A DNA stretch of 64,000 bases from a plasmid. The position numbers were made by a program, and so were the translations under genes. The DNA lies in sequence record NZ_CP031419.1; one strand, given 5' to 3'. Position 1 is the stretch's first letter. Every line of letters starts with the position of its first letter. Below, one piece after another: positions 29,705 through 39,841 of this stretch. The notes beneath the pieces were generated by a model. The model did no database searches. It was not told where the DNA came from and saw nothing but the letters and a program-made list of their open reading frames with translations.

Positions 29705-31126
29705 ATGGCAGTGACAACATCCACCACCTCGGGCGGCCACTCCAATCCGCCGTTGCCCCACCCGAAATGGCGGCTGCCGATCATCAACGACCTACTCACC
29801 ATCAATCCCGTCAAACCCACCCTCACCTCGCTGCGGGATGCCGAGCAACTTGGCGGCATCTTCGAACGGCGACTCGTCGACTGGCCCATGATCGTCGTCT
29901 CCGACTCCGAACTCATCACCGAGATCTGCGACGAGCGCAACTGGGCCAAACACCTCGGCGTCCCGCTCCGGAAGATGCGCCACATCGCTCGTGACGGCCT
30001 GTTCACCGCCCGCAACGATGAACCGAACTGGGCAAAGGCCCACGCTGTGCTTGCGCCGGCCTTCACCAAGGAGGCGATGCGCTCCTACCACCAAACCATG
30101 CTCACAACGATCAGCGAACTCCTCGATTACTGGGCGAAGCGCGATGGCCAGTGGGTCGACATCGGCGAGGACATGAACAAACTCACCCTCGAGATCATCG
30201 CCCGAACTGGATTCGACTACACCTTCGACAGCTTCACACGCAGCGAGGTACACCCGTTCGTCGCCGCCATGCTGCGCGGCCTGACCTACATCTCCCGCAA
30301 CAGCAACATGCCGCCCTTCTTGCAGAAGACCATCGGCGCCCGCGCGGCCGCGCGCCATAGCCGCGACATCACCTACGTCCGAACGGTCGTCGACGACGTC
30401 ATCAAAGCCCGCCAAGCCAGCGGCACCGTAGGCGACCACCACGATCTGCTCGACCGGATGCTCACCGTGCCCGACCCGGCTTCCGGCGAGCTCCTCGACA
30501 CCACGAATGTCCGCAGCCAGATCCTCACCATGCTCGTCGCGGGCCACGAAACCAGCGCTGGAGTCCTCGCTTTCGCGCTCTACGAGCTCAGCCGACGCCC
30601 TGAGATCGTCGCTGCCGCCCGCGCCGAGATCGACACACGTTTCGCCGACGGCGACCTGTCCACGATCGCCTACGACGACGTGGCGAAACTCCGTACCCTG
30701 CGCCGCATCGTCGACGAGACGTTGCGCCTCTACCCGGTCGCGCCCGGCTTCTTCCGTGAAGCCCGGCACGAGACCACAATTGGAGGCGGCCGGTACCGCT
30801 TCGGGCCCGGCGACTGGGTACTCGTGCTCACCCTGCACGCCCACCGCGACCCCGCCACGTGGGGCCCCGACGCCGGCGAGTTCCAGCCCGACCGATGGCT
30901 GCCCGAACGAATGCGTTCTCTGGACGGCCGTCAGGTATTCAAGCCGTTCGGCACTGGGCTTCGCGCCTGCATCGGTCGCCAATTCGCCTACCACGAAATC
31001 GTTCTCGCGCTGGCGCACATCCTGCAAACGTTCGAGTTCACCCCCGACCCAGGGTACGAACTCGACATCGCTGAGCAGATCACCCTCAAGCCGAACCGGT
31101 TCAGGCTGCGCCTCAACCACCGCTGA
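29705..31126 (+). CDS. cytochrome P450
   Basis: Heme-binding FGTGLRACIGRQFA, the EXXR motif ETLRL, and the I-helix AGHETS. Confidence 0.9.
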   Translation: MAVTTSTTSGGHSNPPLPHPKWRLPIINDLLTINPVKPTLTSLRDAEQLGGIFERRLVDWPMIVVSDSELITEICDERNWAKHLGVPLRKMRHIARDGLFTARNDEPNWAKAHAVLAPAFTKEAMRSYHQTMLTTISELLDYWAKRDGQWVDIGEDMNKLTLEIIARTGFDYTFDSFTRSEVHPFVAAMLRGLTYISRNSNMPPFLQKTIGARAAARHSRDITYVRTVVDDVIKARQASGTVGDHHDLLDRMLTVPDPASGELLDTTNVRSQILTMLVAGHETSAGVLAFALYELSRRPEIVAAARAEIDTRFADGDLSTIAYDDVAKLRTLRRIVDETLRLYPVAPGFFREARHETTIGGGRYRFGPGDWVLVLTLHAHRDPATWGPDAGEFQPDRWLPERMRSLDGRQVFKPFGTGLRACIGRQFAYHEIVLALAHILQTFEFTPDPGYELDIAEQITLKPNRFRLRLNHR

Positions 31127-31162
31127 TTGGGCGGATCGCCCGGCCGACGGCGCTGTAGCAGA

Positions 31163-31393
31163 TCAACGGGGCCCCGGCTGAGGGCGTGATAACTCGGCGG
31201 AACGTCCATGCCAGCGCAGTGCGGCGTAGCCGACGGCGACCGACGCGGCGAGGGCCGCGACGGCGAGGGCCAGGCCAACAGGATCGGGCCGGAGCCCGTG
31301 TTTCGTCGTCATGACCAGCAGTACCGCGAGCCAGGGCAATCCGACAGCGGCCAAGGTGAACAGGAAATCGGCGCGGGGTGTGCGACCTGTCAT
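31163..31393 (-). CDS. small hydrophobic protein
   Basis: 76 aa with two predicted TM helices. Weak support. Confidence 0.25.
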   Translation of the reverse strand: MTGRTPRADFLFTLAAVGLPWLAVLLVMTTKHGLRPDPVGLALAVAALAASVAVGYAALRWHGRSAELSRPQPGPR

Positions 31394-31494
31394 TCGGTGC
31401 GCTTCCCTTCCTTCGTGATCTGCGGGCCCGATCTGGGTGTGCGCTCGACTGGTTGCGGGCCCGGATCTCAGCGTAGCCGGTAGCGTGAAACGCT

Positions 31495-32580
31495 GTGACC
31501 GGCAGCGTAACCCAGGTAATCAGCGTAGTGACCGCCGTCGGCCGCGTGGACCCGCAGCATTTGACCGAGGCGTACGAGTCGCTGTGCGCGCAAGTGCTCC
31601 CGGCTGGGTGGAGCTGGGAATGGGCCGTCCAATCCGACGGCCCCCACCATGACGAACTGCCGCTACCGGCCGCTGCCCGGCAAGATCCGCGGGTCCGACC
31701 GGGCAGCCAACCGCACGGCGGCCCAGCGGTCGCGCGGACCACCGCACTCGCCCGTTGCCACGGCCCGCTGGTGCGGGTTCTCGACGCCGATGACCAGCTC
31801 CCCGAAACCGCGCTCGCGGACGCGATCACCGCCCTGTCCACCGATCCGGGTATTGGTTGGACGGCGAGCGCAGTGCTCGACCTCGTCCCTGACGGCACCC
31901 TCACCGGCTGGGACGGCGACCCCGCCGAAGGCGTACTCCCGCAGGGATCGACCATCGCCGCGTGGATGACCGACCCGGCCGCGTTGCGTATCCATCCGGC
32001 CACCCTCACCGTGCGCCGTGCGCTTCTGGTAGCCGTCGGGGGGTGGTCAGCCCTGCCCGTCTCTGAGGACATGGGGATGCTCGCGGGCCTGGACAGCCTG
32101 GCCAGCGGGTACTTCTTGGCCAGGCCGGGCCTGGTGCGCCGCTCGCACCCAGGGCAGATGACCCGCACACCGGAGTTCGCCGGTCAGGTGGCCGCCTTGC
32201 GGGGGTTCATCGCCGAACGCGCGACCGTCCTGCGCGGCCTTTTCCCCTCCGCCGAGGAAGACGCCGCCCAGGCGCGCCAGCTGCTCGGCCGGCGGCTGCG
32301 CGACCTGCGCCGGGCGAGCAACCTGACGGGCCGGGATCTGGCGCACGAAGCAGGCTGGCATCCCTCGAAGGTCACCCGGACCGAGCAGGGCGGCCGGATG
32401 CCCACGCCCGATGATCTGCGTACCTGGTGCGCGATCACCGGGGCCCAGCTACACCTCCAAGACCTTCTGGCCGCCGTCCGCAACGTCGATGCGGTCGCCG
32501 TGGAGGCCCGGCGTGCCAGAGCGCGGCAACGAACCATCGGCGCGAGCCCGGACCGGAGCAGCCCTCGGAATGATGATTGA
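31495..32580 (+). CDS. family-2 glycosyltransferase fused in-frame to a truncated XRE-type HTH segment
   Basis: GT2-like N-terminus (VISVVTAV...VLDADDQL) followed by GRRLRDLRRASNLTGRDLAHEAGW, an HTH characteristic of DUF5753 regulators, then early termination. Confidence 0.45.
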   Translation: MTGSVTQVISVVTAVGRVDPQHLTEAYESLCAQVLPAGWSWEWAVQSDGPHHDELPLPAAARQDPRVRPGSQPHGGPAVARTTALARCHGPLVRVLDADDQLPETALADAITALSTDPGIGWTASAVLDLVPDGTLTGWDGDPAEGVLPQGSTIAAWMTDPAALRIHPATLTVRRALLVAVGGWSALPVSEDMGMLAGLDSLASGYFLARPGLVRRSHPGQMTRTPEFAGQVAALRGFIAERATVLRGLFPSAEEDAAQARQLLGRRLRDLRRASNLTGRDLAHEAGWHPSKVTRTEQGGRMPTPDDLRTWCAITGAQLHLQDLLAAVRNVDAVAVEARRARARQRTIGASPDRSSPRNDD

Positions 32581-32859
32581 TCGAGAGCCCGGCCGCGCGG
32601 CCACGATATCGGGCAGGATCGGCAGCGTGACCGATATCGCGGCCGCCGACGAGCGCGCAATCTTGGACCAGTTACGCAGGGCGCAGGACGCTCACCACGG
32701 GGGCGATCAGCCCACCGCGAGCGCGTTGATAGACGACCTGCTGACCCGATACGGGCGCGAGACCGTGGACGCGGTGCGTTGGCGGCAGGCCCGTGACCAA
32801 CTCGACGCAGATCTCAACCTGTACAGCATGTTCGGGACCGCCGGATTGATCGGCGACGA

Positions 32860-33291
32860 CTAGCCCCGCAGCCGCTCGACACCGATCCGGATCGTGGTGA
32901 CGAACACCGCCGTCGCGGTGCGCGCGGCCGCACGCCGGTCCGCGACCGTCAGGGCCTCGCTCTGCGCGGCCAGCGTCGCCGCGTCGCCGCGTTCGGCGAC
33001 GGTCAGCGCCAACCGCCGGAACCCGATCGGCACCGGGCTATCAACGCTGTCGAGATCGGCCAAGTCCACCGGAAGCCCGCCCAAGGTGTCGATGACACCG
33101 ACACAAGCCAGCTCAACGAGCTGCGCCGTAGTCGGCGCGCTCTCGCCGACCAGCACCAAGAGCGGCTCCGGGCACGAGGGGCACTCGTCGTACGCGGCGC
33201 CGACGAGCTGGGCAAGTAAATCCGTGTCCACGCCCCATCCGGCCAGCTTGCCGGGTGGGACCTCGAACCCGCTGTGTCCGTGGTCAATCAC
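32860..33291 (-). CDS. hypothetical protein
   Basis: 143 aa ORF. Confidence 0.3.
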   Translation of the reverse strand: MIDHGHSGFEVPPGKLAGWGVDTDLLAQLVGAAYDECPSCPEPLLVLVGESAPTTAQLVELACVGVIDTLGGLPVDLADLDSVDSPVPIGFRRLALTVAERGDAATLAAQSEALTVADRRAAARTATAVFVTTIRIGVERLRG

Positions 33292-33416
33292 ACGTAGATG
33301 GTGTCACCGATCAGCCCGGAAGTTCGGCCGAACGAGCACGAGAGCCCCAGGGCAGATGGCGCCGGGCTCCCACCCCGACCAATGCCGGGCGTGCCGGTGA
33401 GCCTTCCACGCCAGGA

Positions 33417-34085
33417 TCAGCGTCGCGGTTTCCTCGCGGTGAACAACGTGACATCTCCTACCTCGCTGAGATTCACCTCGGCGAAGGCGCTTCTCAGCGC
33501 CGTCTCCAGTCCGGCGTGGTCGTCCGCTGCGTTGTTGAACGCCCCGACCTCGGTGTAGATCGCAGTCAACACCCGGCCGAACAGCGTGCTGGACTTCCGG
33601 TTGAGGATGGTCGATCCGAACAGCACGCCGTCGTCGGCGAGCACCTGGGCGAGATGAGCGAACGCCACACCTTTCTCACCGAAATCGCCCGGTAGGCAGT
33701 GAAGAACGAAGTTGATCCCGATCGAGTCGAACCCAACCCCAGCGCTTTCGGGCACGGGGTCTAGAACGCTTGCTGCGACGGTACGAACGTCGCAGCTCCT
33801 ACCCTCCAGCCGACGGCGAGTATGCGCCAGCGGCTCCGGGTTCAGATCCATCAGCGTGACGGCGGACTCCGGGGGCAGCTCGGCGTTGGCCAGGTACCAC
33901 CCGGAACCCGGGCCCACCTCGAGGTGCTTCCGGCCGATGAACCGGTTGTACTGGTCCAGCATGACCTCTGCCGGGCATTGCCAGGCGAACCGGTCCGACA
34001 GCTTGATGACCCACAAGTCGTAGACCGCCAAGAACGCGGGCGTATACGGCTCTGCGGCGATGCGGGCGGCATCCTTGCCTGCCAT
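33417..34085 (-). CDS. class I SAM-dependent methyltransferase
   Basis: Motif I LEVGPGSGW. Start at MAGKD with a GGGAGGA RBS. Confidence 0.65.
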   Translation of the reverse strand: MAGKDAARIAAEPYTPAFLAVYDLWVIKLSDRFAWQCPAEVMLDQYNRFIGRKHLEVGPGSGWYLANAELPPESAVTLMDLNPEPLAHTRRRLEGRSCDVRTVAASVLDPVPESAGVGFDSIGINFVLHCLPGDFGEKGVAFAHLAQVLADDGVLFGSTILNRKSSTLFGRVLTAIYTEVGAFNNAADDHAGLETALRSAFAEVNLSEVGDVTLFTARKPRR

Positions 34086-34399
34086 GGGTCCTCCCAGCTC
34101 AAGGAACGGGTCCGTCCGTCTGGAACCCTCACAACGCCAGCTGACCATGCTGGCGCAGTCCGGGCCCAGGATCTCACACACCCTGGCCACTCGGCGCAGA
34201 TCGCATTGCCTCGCACCCGGAAGAGATCATTGTGCGTTAATGTATCTAAAGAGTCTATAGACACCAACGAGGAAGGAGGCCGCTATCGAAGTGGACGCTG
34301 TGGCACACCCACGACCGTGGCCAGCAGCGATTCATCTTGGTTAACCGAAATCAGCGTGTCGCGTGCTCCGGCGCGACTCTCCATGCAAGGATGTCGCAC

Positions 34400-34660
34400 A
34401 TGGCTGGAGTAAAGCGCCTGTCTTACTCACGAAAGACGTACGGCTTCAAGCTGCATCAGAACGTCGACAAACTGATCGACGAGTTGGCCGCCGCCGAAAC
34501 TGGAGGCGACCGGAGCAGGTTGCTGACGTTGCTGGTGTGCGAGAGGCGCGGCGTCCCGGTCGACGAGATCCTCGTTCCCGATGAGAACGGCCAGGAGTCA
34601 CTACTCGACGGCACCACGAAAAAGGAGGTCACAAGGAAGCACCGACAATCGGTCGCATAG
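34400..34660 (+). CDS. small hypothetical protein (putative RHH-like)
   Basis: Start MAGVKRLSY after AAGGA. TTTAGATACAT motif about 150 bp upstream. Confidence 0.3.
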   Translation: MAGVKRLSYSRKTYGFKLHQNVDKLIDELAAAETGGDRSRLLTLLVCERRGVPVDEILVPDENGQESLLDGTTKKEVTRKHRQSVA

Positions 34661-34857
34661 TCCGGGGCTAGCTCACGCCAGCACGCCCTGAAGACCAGCG
34701 GAGACCAAAGACCACAAACTGAACAATCGACCGGGTTAACCACATGGACGGAAGCCCTCAGCCACGCCTAGCCGAGAGCTCCCGGTTCGTCCATGGGGGA
34801 TGAGCATTCGCCTTCTCATCTCCACGGTGTACCCCCTCAGCAACGAAAGGCCATCCC

Positions 34858-36735
34858 TTGCTGAAGGAACCCAGGGTCGAGGATACCGCACGCCCGAAAT
34901 CCGGTTCAACCGAAACCGCAGAGTGTGTCGAAAACTCACCCTCCTCAAACCGAAGCGGCAGCCCACCAGGGCCACCATCACAGCTCAGATTGCGCGAGTT
35001 GGACCATGTCCTCTACTCCGGTCCCTACGTTCTCATCGACGCCGACAACCATTCGCCGCGCCGGACCCGGTCTCTCGACAGGGCGTACGCCGCGATCGAC
35101 GCCGGCGAGGTTGCTACGGCTGGTGGGACTCTCCGGCCTGGCAACGTCGGCGCAGACATCGACCCCCTCCCAGAGCACGCTGTGCTCGGTGACGCGGTCG
35201 CCGAGGTACTCGTCGGGTGGCTCCACGATCAGGGCATCTTCTACCTGGCGCGTGAGTCCGGTCGGCCCGGAGGTCGGCACGTTGTAGGCGTCGGCGCATC
35301 GCCGGACCAGATGGAGGAATGGAACCGCCTGTGCGCCGATACCGCGCAAGCGTTCGGCGTTCCGGTCGACGACCGCTCTGGCGGCGTGCTGAGACTGCTC
35401 GCCGCCCCGCACCGCAAGGGATACTCCGCACCTGTTCTCGGCGGAACGCTGACGCTGAACGCCCCCACCGTGAGGACGCGAGCCAGCCGGGTCCGCGGTG
35501 CGCGGCCGGCGCGTCGACGGCCTTCGCCTAGCTCTCGCCCGGCGCCCGCTGGTCCCGACACCTCCCGCTCTGCGCGGGAGTACGGGCAAGTCTGCGCCAT
35601 GATCCGCCGTGGATGCACCCCTGCCGAGGCGTGGCGGGCCCAGAACCGCCCCGGATCGAAAGCTTCCGAGCGTGGAGAGCACCGGTGGCGGCGCTTCGTC
35701 TGGCTCGATGCCCACACCACCGTGTGCGCCGAGGAAGGGCTTACGCCGGAGCAAGCATGGCAGCGGGTCAGCGCAGCAAGTCCGGCCGTGTGCCGCAAGA
35801 TCGGACGGCGAGCATGGCAGCGCCTCTGGGAGCGTGCGGTCGAGCAGGCGGCCATTCAGCGGCCGCGCCGGCGGCGCCTGCCGTCCGACACTGTGAATAG
35901 GTCGACGGGAGCGGACAACGCGCGGATCGCCGCTGTCGCAGCGGGCCTCAAAACAGCACTCGATGCGACAGATCTGGGCGTGCGCCCCCAACGACGGAGG
36001 AACTGCGAGATTCTGCTGCTGAACCTCGCGCCGGTCTTCGTCAGGCGGGAGGGTTCAATCTCGGTGCGGGATATCGCTCTTCGTGCGGGCATCGACGTGA
36101 AAACGGTCCGGGTGTGCCGCGACCTACTCATCGCCCACGGACTTCTCGCGACGACGCACCACTACGCAGGCGGCGCGTCGGACAGCCACGCTTACGCGAT
36201 GGGACCAGCGGCCCGTCCTTACGTCGACGACGCAGTTTCGAAAATTTCCCCCACTTGTCCGAAGGACACCCCCCTCCCCCCAACGCCCTCCGGCCGCGCC
36301 GACCGCTCCCTCCTCCGCTCCCGCTTCCGCCGTGAACGCCACCACTGGCGCATCCGCTGCGCAGCCCTAGCCGACCTACCCCCTGGTGAATCCCTGGCCA
36401 GCAGCTCGTCACCCGCGGTGAAGGCGTACCGCTCGCTGCGCTACCAGCAGCGCTGGTGGCGCAGCCTGTCGTGCGACGACCAGGAGGCGCGTCGGGCTGC
36501 CAGGCGCGCGACACTCGAGGCGCTGACCCCCAGCGCCCGCTCGGCCTGGTTCAACTGGCTGGACCGGCGGAACAGCCTGGTGGCCGTGGTTGATCGGGCT
36601 GCCGCCGGAACCTTCACTTCGACCGACCGATCTGTCCTGGCTGCTGCGCCTCGAACTGTGCACACGGGGCTGCAAGACCCCAGCTGGCAGCCCTGCCGCC
36701 CTCGGAGCAGACAGCTCGTCTTGGCGGCGGCTTAG
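34858..36735 (+). CDS. putative replication protein with PrimPol-like N-terminal motif
   Basis: hhhDhD-type motif (YVLIDADN). Positioned between RHH/parAB and the iteron arrays. Long Arg-rich C-terminus. Confidence 0.35.
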   Translation: MLKEPRVEDTARPKSGSTETAECVENSPSSNRSGSPPGPPSQLRLRELDHVLYSGPYVLIDADNHSPRRTRSLDRAYAAIDAGEVATAGGTLRPGNVGADIDPLPEHAVLGDAVAEVLVGWLHDQGIFYLARESGRPGGRHVVGVGASPDQMEEWNRLCADTAQAFGVPVDDRSGGVLRLLAAPHRKGYSAPVLGGTLTLNAPTVRTRASRVRGARPARRRPSPSSRPAPAGPDTSRSAREYGQVCAMIRRGCTPAEAWRAQNRPGSKASERGEHRWRRFVWLDAHTTVCAEEGLTPEQAWQRVSAASPAVCRKIGRRAWQRLWERAVEQAAIQRPRRRRLPSDTVNRSTGADNARIAAVAAGLKTALDATDLGVRPQRRRNCEILLLNLAPVFVRREGSISVRDIALRAGIDVKTVRVCRDLLIAHGLLATTHHYAGGASDSHAYAMGPAARPYVDDAVSKISPTCPKDTPLPPTPSGRADRSLLRSRFRRERHHWRIRCAALADLPPGESLASSSSPAVKAYRSLRYQQRWWRSLSCDDQEARRAARRATLEALTPSARSAWFNWLDRRNSLVAVVDRAAAGTFTSTDRSVLAAAPRTVHTGLQDPSWQPCRPRSRQLVLAAA

Positions 36736-37057
36736 GCTAGACGGGGGTACTGAGCGCGCGGCGGATCGTAACCGGCAGGTGGAGGTCCGATAGCTTTGGA
36801 AGAGCCGTGAGCCCCGGCACTATTGGGGCTCTGCGGGCTTGTGGCGGACACGGACGCGGCGAGGGTAACGACTGAACTCTGACACGGTCCAGCGGGTTGA
36901 GCAGTGCCGGTGTCGGGCTCCGTCGGCTGGGCCGTACGGCATACACACCGCGTGAGCAGGGAGGCCAGGCGACCGGACTGGGCCCAGCAGTGCGAGCCGC
37001 CTCGCGCCTCGAACCTGATGTGGCGGGTCGAACGGTTCGAGCTGCGTGCTCAAGAGC

Positions 37058-37277
37058 GAAACTTCCCACACAACTTCGGAGTTGGGCCGGTTAAGGAGTG
37101 TTCGGTGCCAGCGGAAACTTCCCACACCGCGAATATCGGGTAAACCACGGTTTACCCGAGCCCGGGTTGAATCCGGCGCTGACGTCAGCAGGTCGAAGAA
37201 CTTCACTACGTGCGTGAGGTCGCAGGCCAGAGTGGAAACTTCCCACACTGACCACAATCTCAAAACGTCCGTTTTGG
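37058..37277. repeat. iteron/centromere-like repeat array A (GAAACTTCCCACAC x3, GTAAACCACGGTTTAC, CAAAACGTCCGTTTTGG)
   Basis: Direct 14-mers at ~37058, ~37114 and ~37235. A 16-bp palindrome at ~37140. An AAAACG..CGTTTT palindrome at ~37261. Confidence 0.6.
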
Positions 37278-37422
37278 AAGCGTGGCAGGGCCGCGTGAAC
37301 GGCAAGGATTCCGCCGAGCCCTTCCGGGTCGACCGGCGACCGAGGGCCTCAGCGCGTCGTCACAGTGACGAAATGGTTTGGGGGAAGGCAGTGGTTGGTA
37401 AACGCAGTCTCTCGGCCCAACT

Positions 37423-37716
37423 TCAGGTTTGGTTCGAGGGGACCTCGGGCATGCGTCCGTGTTCGTCGGGTCGCGGCACGCCGGCCGAATCGAGCCAGGC
37501 GTTGACGGCATCGTCTACGGTCTTAGAGATGACGTAGCCGCGCTTCTTGATCCAGTCGAGACGAGCGATCGTCGAAGCATGGAGTTGCGTCCCAAACTGC
37601 TTCTTGCCGACGCCTTTTCGAACCGGCAGCTCCACGGCCGCGGCTACTGAGGAATCTCCGCTGGTAGGTGTACTGCGCGAAGCATTCACGGTAACTCCTC
37701 CAATGAAGATGGACAT
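37423..37716 (-). CDS. small DNA-binding protein, RHH-like
   Basis: 97 aa, divergent from parA (KKQFGTQLHASTIARLDWIKKRGYVISKTVDDAVNAW). Confidence 0.4.
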   Translation of the reverse strand: MSIFIGGVTVNASRSTPTSGDSSVAAAVELPVRKGVGKKQFGTQLHASTIARLDWIKKRGYVISKTVDDAVNAWLDSAGVPRPDEHGRMPEVPSNQT

Positions 37717-37877
37717 CCGGTTCTTCAGTGCGGTTTCGGCGAATCGCCGCCGTAGCCGTTGACACTAGAAAACTATCTTATATCCTCTCTTACAGTCGCA
37801 GTTACCACCGCGGCGATTCTCAAACCCAAATCCGAAGTAGCCCACACGATGTGGGCGAAGTACACGGAGGTAGAACC

Positions 37878-38591
37878 ATGGCATACGTCGAGGTTGTTCT
37901 GAATCAGAAGGGTGGCGTCGGCAAGTCCACGCTCACCGTCAACCTGGCGGCCACCACCGCGGATGCGCTGTCGAGCTCGGAGCCGGGCACCATCTCTCCC
38001 GTTGCGGCGGTCAGCATCGACCCCCAGGGGTCGGCAGTCTGGTGGGCAGACCGAGTTGCGGATCTGCCGTTTCATATCGTCCAGGCGCACAATGACATTG
38101 AAGGACTGCGCGCTCTCCGGAACAGCAGCAGCATCGACCACTTCTACGTCGACACCCCAGGCTGGATCGGCCACGACGAAGATGACGAAGCAGCTGCCGA
38201 CCCTCTCGGCAAGGGGCCCGCGGCCGAGGCGCTGCGCGCTGTGCTCGAATCCGCTGACCACGTGATCGTGCCGATCGAGCCCGAGCCGCTCGCGTTCGAT
38301 CCGACGGCTCGGACAATCGAGAAGGTCATCAAGCCGCGTGGGTTGGATTTCCTTGTCGTAGTCAACAACTGGGACCCACGAGACGGTATGGCGGACTTGG
38401 AGCAGACCAAGGACTACGTCAAGGCCAACGGGTGGCCTCTCGCGAATACCGTGATCCGCCACTACAAGGTTCACGCACGTGCCGCAGCCGAAGGCACCGT
38501 GGTGACGGAGTACCCGCGCAACCGAGTTAGCTTGGAAGCGCGTGCCGATTTCAGCAAGCTCGCTCTTGAGCTCAAGGCCGGGGCTCGCTGA
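37878..38591 (+). CDS. parA: ParA-family partition ATPase
   Basis: Deviant Walker A NQKGGVGKST, followed immediately by parB. Confidence 0.85.
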   Translation: MAYVEVVLNQKGGVGKSTLTVNLAATTADALSSSEPGTISPVAAVSIDPQGSAVWWADRVADLPFHIVQAHNDIEGLRALRNSSSIDHFYVDTPGWIGHDEDDEAAADPLGKGPAAEALRAVLESADHVIVPIEPEPLAFDPTARTIEKVIKPRGLDFLVVVNNWDPRDGMADLEQTKDYVKANGWPLANTVIRHYKVHARAAAEGTVVTEYPRNRVSLEARADFSKLALELKAGAR

Positions 38592-39508
38592 TGGCCGGCC
38601 GGGGCGGTCGTGCGAACCTCGCCGACCTGGTTGGTTCCACTGGGAAGAACTCCACGGTCGACGGTGTGAACGCACGAGCCAGTTCGCCTGCAAAAGGGTC
38701 GACACCCGAGGTGGTGGTCAATGGGGCGCCACTGGAGATCAAGCTGGAAGATCTCGTGGCGAATCCGTTGAACCCGCGCGAGATCATGGATGTGGACGAT
38801 CTCGCTTCTATCATCGAGATTCAGCTGCAACCGGCATTGATCATCGGCCGAGAGGCGTACCTGAAGCTCTGGCCCGAGCTGGAGTCGGAGCTGGGTGATG
38901 CCAAGTATGTCGTCATCAACGGTTGCCGACGTCTGGAGGCTGCCCGAAAGTTCGGCCGGACGACCCTTGAGTGCGTTCGCAAAGACGAAGTCGCTGACTC
39001 GAGAGCGAGTCTGCGAGCGGCGTCCATCCGAGAGAACGTCGAACGGGAGAACCTCGACGTAATCGAAGAGGCGAAGGCCGTCGAGGCGTTGGTTTCGGAC
39101 TGCGAGGGCAACGGAGCGCGGGCCGGGCAGATCCTCGGCAAGACGAAAATGTGGGTGTCTCAACGCCGGGCGCTTCTAAAGCTCACACCGGAGCTTCAGG
39201 CGAAGCTTCGGGCGGGCGAGCTTGCTATCCGAGAAGCCCGAGAACTCGGCCGAGTTCCCGCTGAGGAACAGGTCGCCCGCTGGAAGGCTCAGCTGGAGAA
39301 GAAGGAGAGGGAGCAAGAGGGCGAGACGTCGGAGTCGAATACGTCGAGGCGCGATGTCGACACCGTGAAGATCGTCAAGACGCTCAAGAAGTGGGACGCG
39401 GACACTGCGGTTCTCGCCTCCGCGCTCTTCGTGCATCTCGATCGAGGTGGTGTGCACGAGTTGATCGAGCAGCTAAATCAGATGGCTACGTCGAAGGAAG
39501 GCGAGTAG
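38591..39508 (+). CDS. parB: ParB/Spo0J N-terminal domain protein
   Basis: ParB box (NPRE...GCRRLEAARK), HTH, C-terminal coiled coil. Confidence 0.75.
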   Translation: MAGRGGRANLADLVGSTGKNSTVDGVNARASSPAKGSTPEVVVNGAPLEIKLEDLVANPLNPREIMDVDDLASIIEIQLQPALIIGREAYLKLWPELESELGDAKYVVINGCRRLEAARKFGRTTLECVRKDEVADSRASLRAASIRENVERENLDVIEEAKAVEALVSDCEGNGARAGQILGKTKMWVSQRRALLKLTPELQAKLRAGELAIREARELGRVPAEEQVARWKAQLEKKEREQEGETSESNTSRRDVDTVKIVKTLKKWDADTAVLASALFVHLDRGGVHELIEQLNQMATSKEGE

Positions 39509-39521
39509 TTCCTCGTCCTCT

Positions 39522-39841
39522 GTGTGGGAAGTTTCGGGGCCGGTAGACCAATGGTCTACCGGCCCCGACTCAATTCACGTGATCAATTCGTCTAGTCGCG
39601 CGATGCGCTCCATGCGGTAAACCGCGGTTTACCCGGAGTGTCCGTGACTGCTGCCGGTGGCCCGCCGTCTCTGGACCTTCCGTCGGGTCCGACGCATGGA
39701 ATGCGAGCTGTTGGCGAAACTTCCCACACAACCTCTTCGGCGAGTAAACCGCGGTTTACCGTATGGCCCCACACCCGGCCATCGGCCACAGGGCGAGAAC
39801 TTCCCACACAAACTTCAATGGGGGTAAACCGCGGTTTACCC
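39522..39841. repeat. iteron/centromere-like repeat array B (GTAAACCGCGGTTTAC x3, GAAACTTCCCACAC x3, 14-bp-arm palindrome)
   Basis: Palindrome GGGGCCGGTAGACCAATGGTCTACCGGCCCC at ~39536. 16-bp palindromes at ~39616, ~39745 and ~39826. 14-mers at ~39522 (inverted), ~39716 and ~39797. Confidence 0.6.

Noticed and set aside
31113-32168. 351-aa minus-strand Ser/Arg-rich ORF
   Set aside because: Antisense to the GT2 gene and the small membrane ORF. Composition not protein-like.
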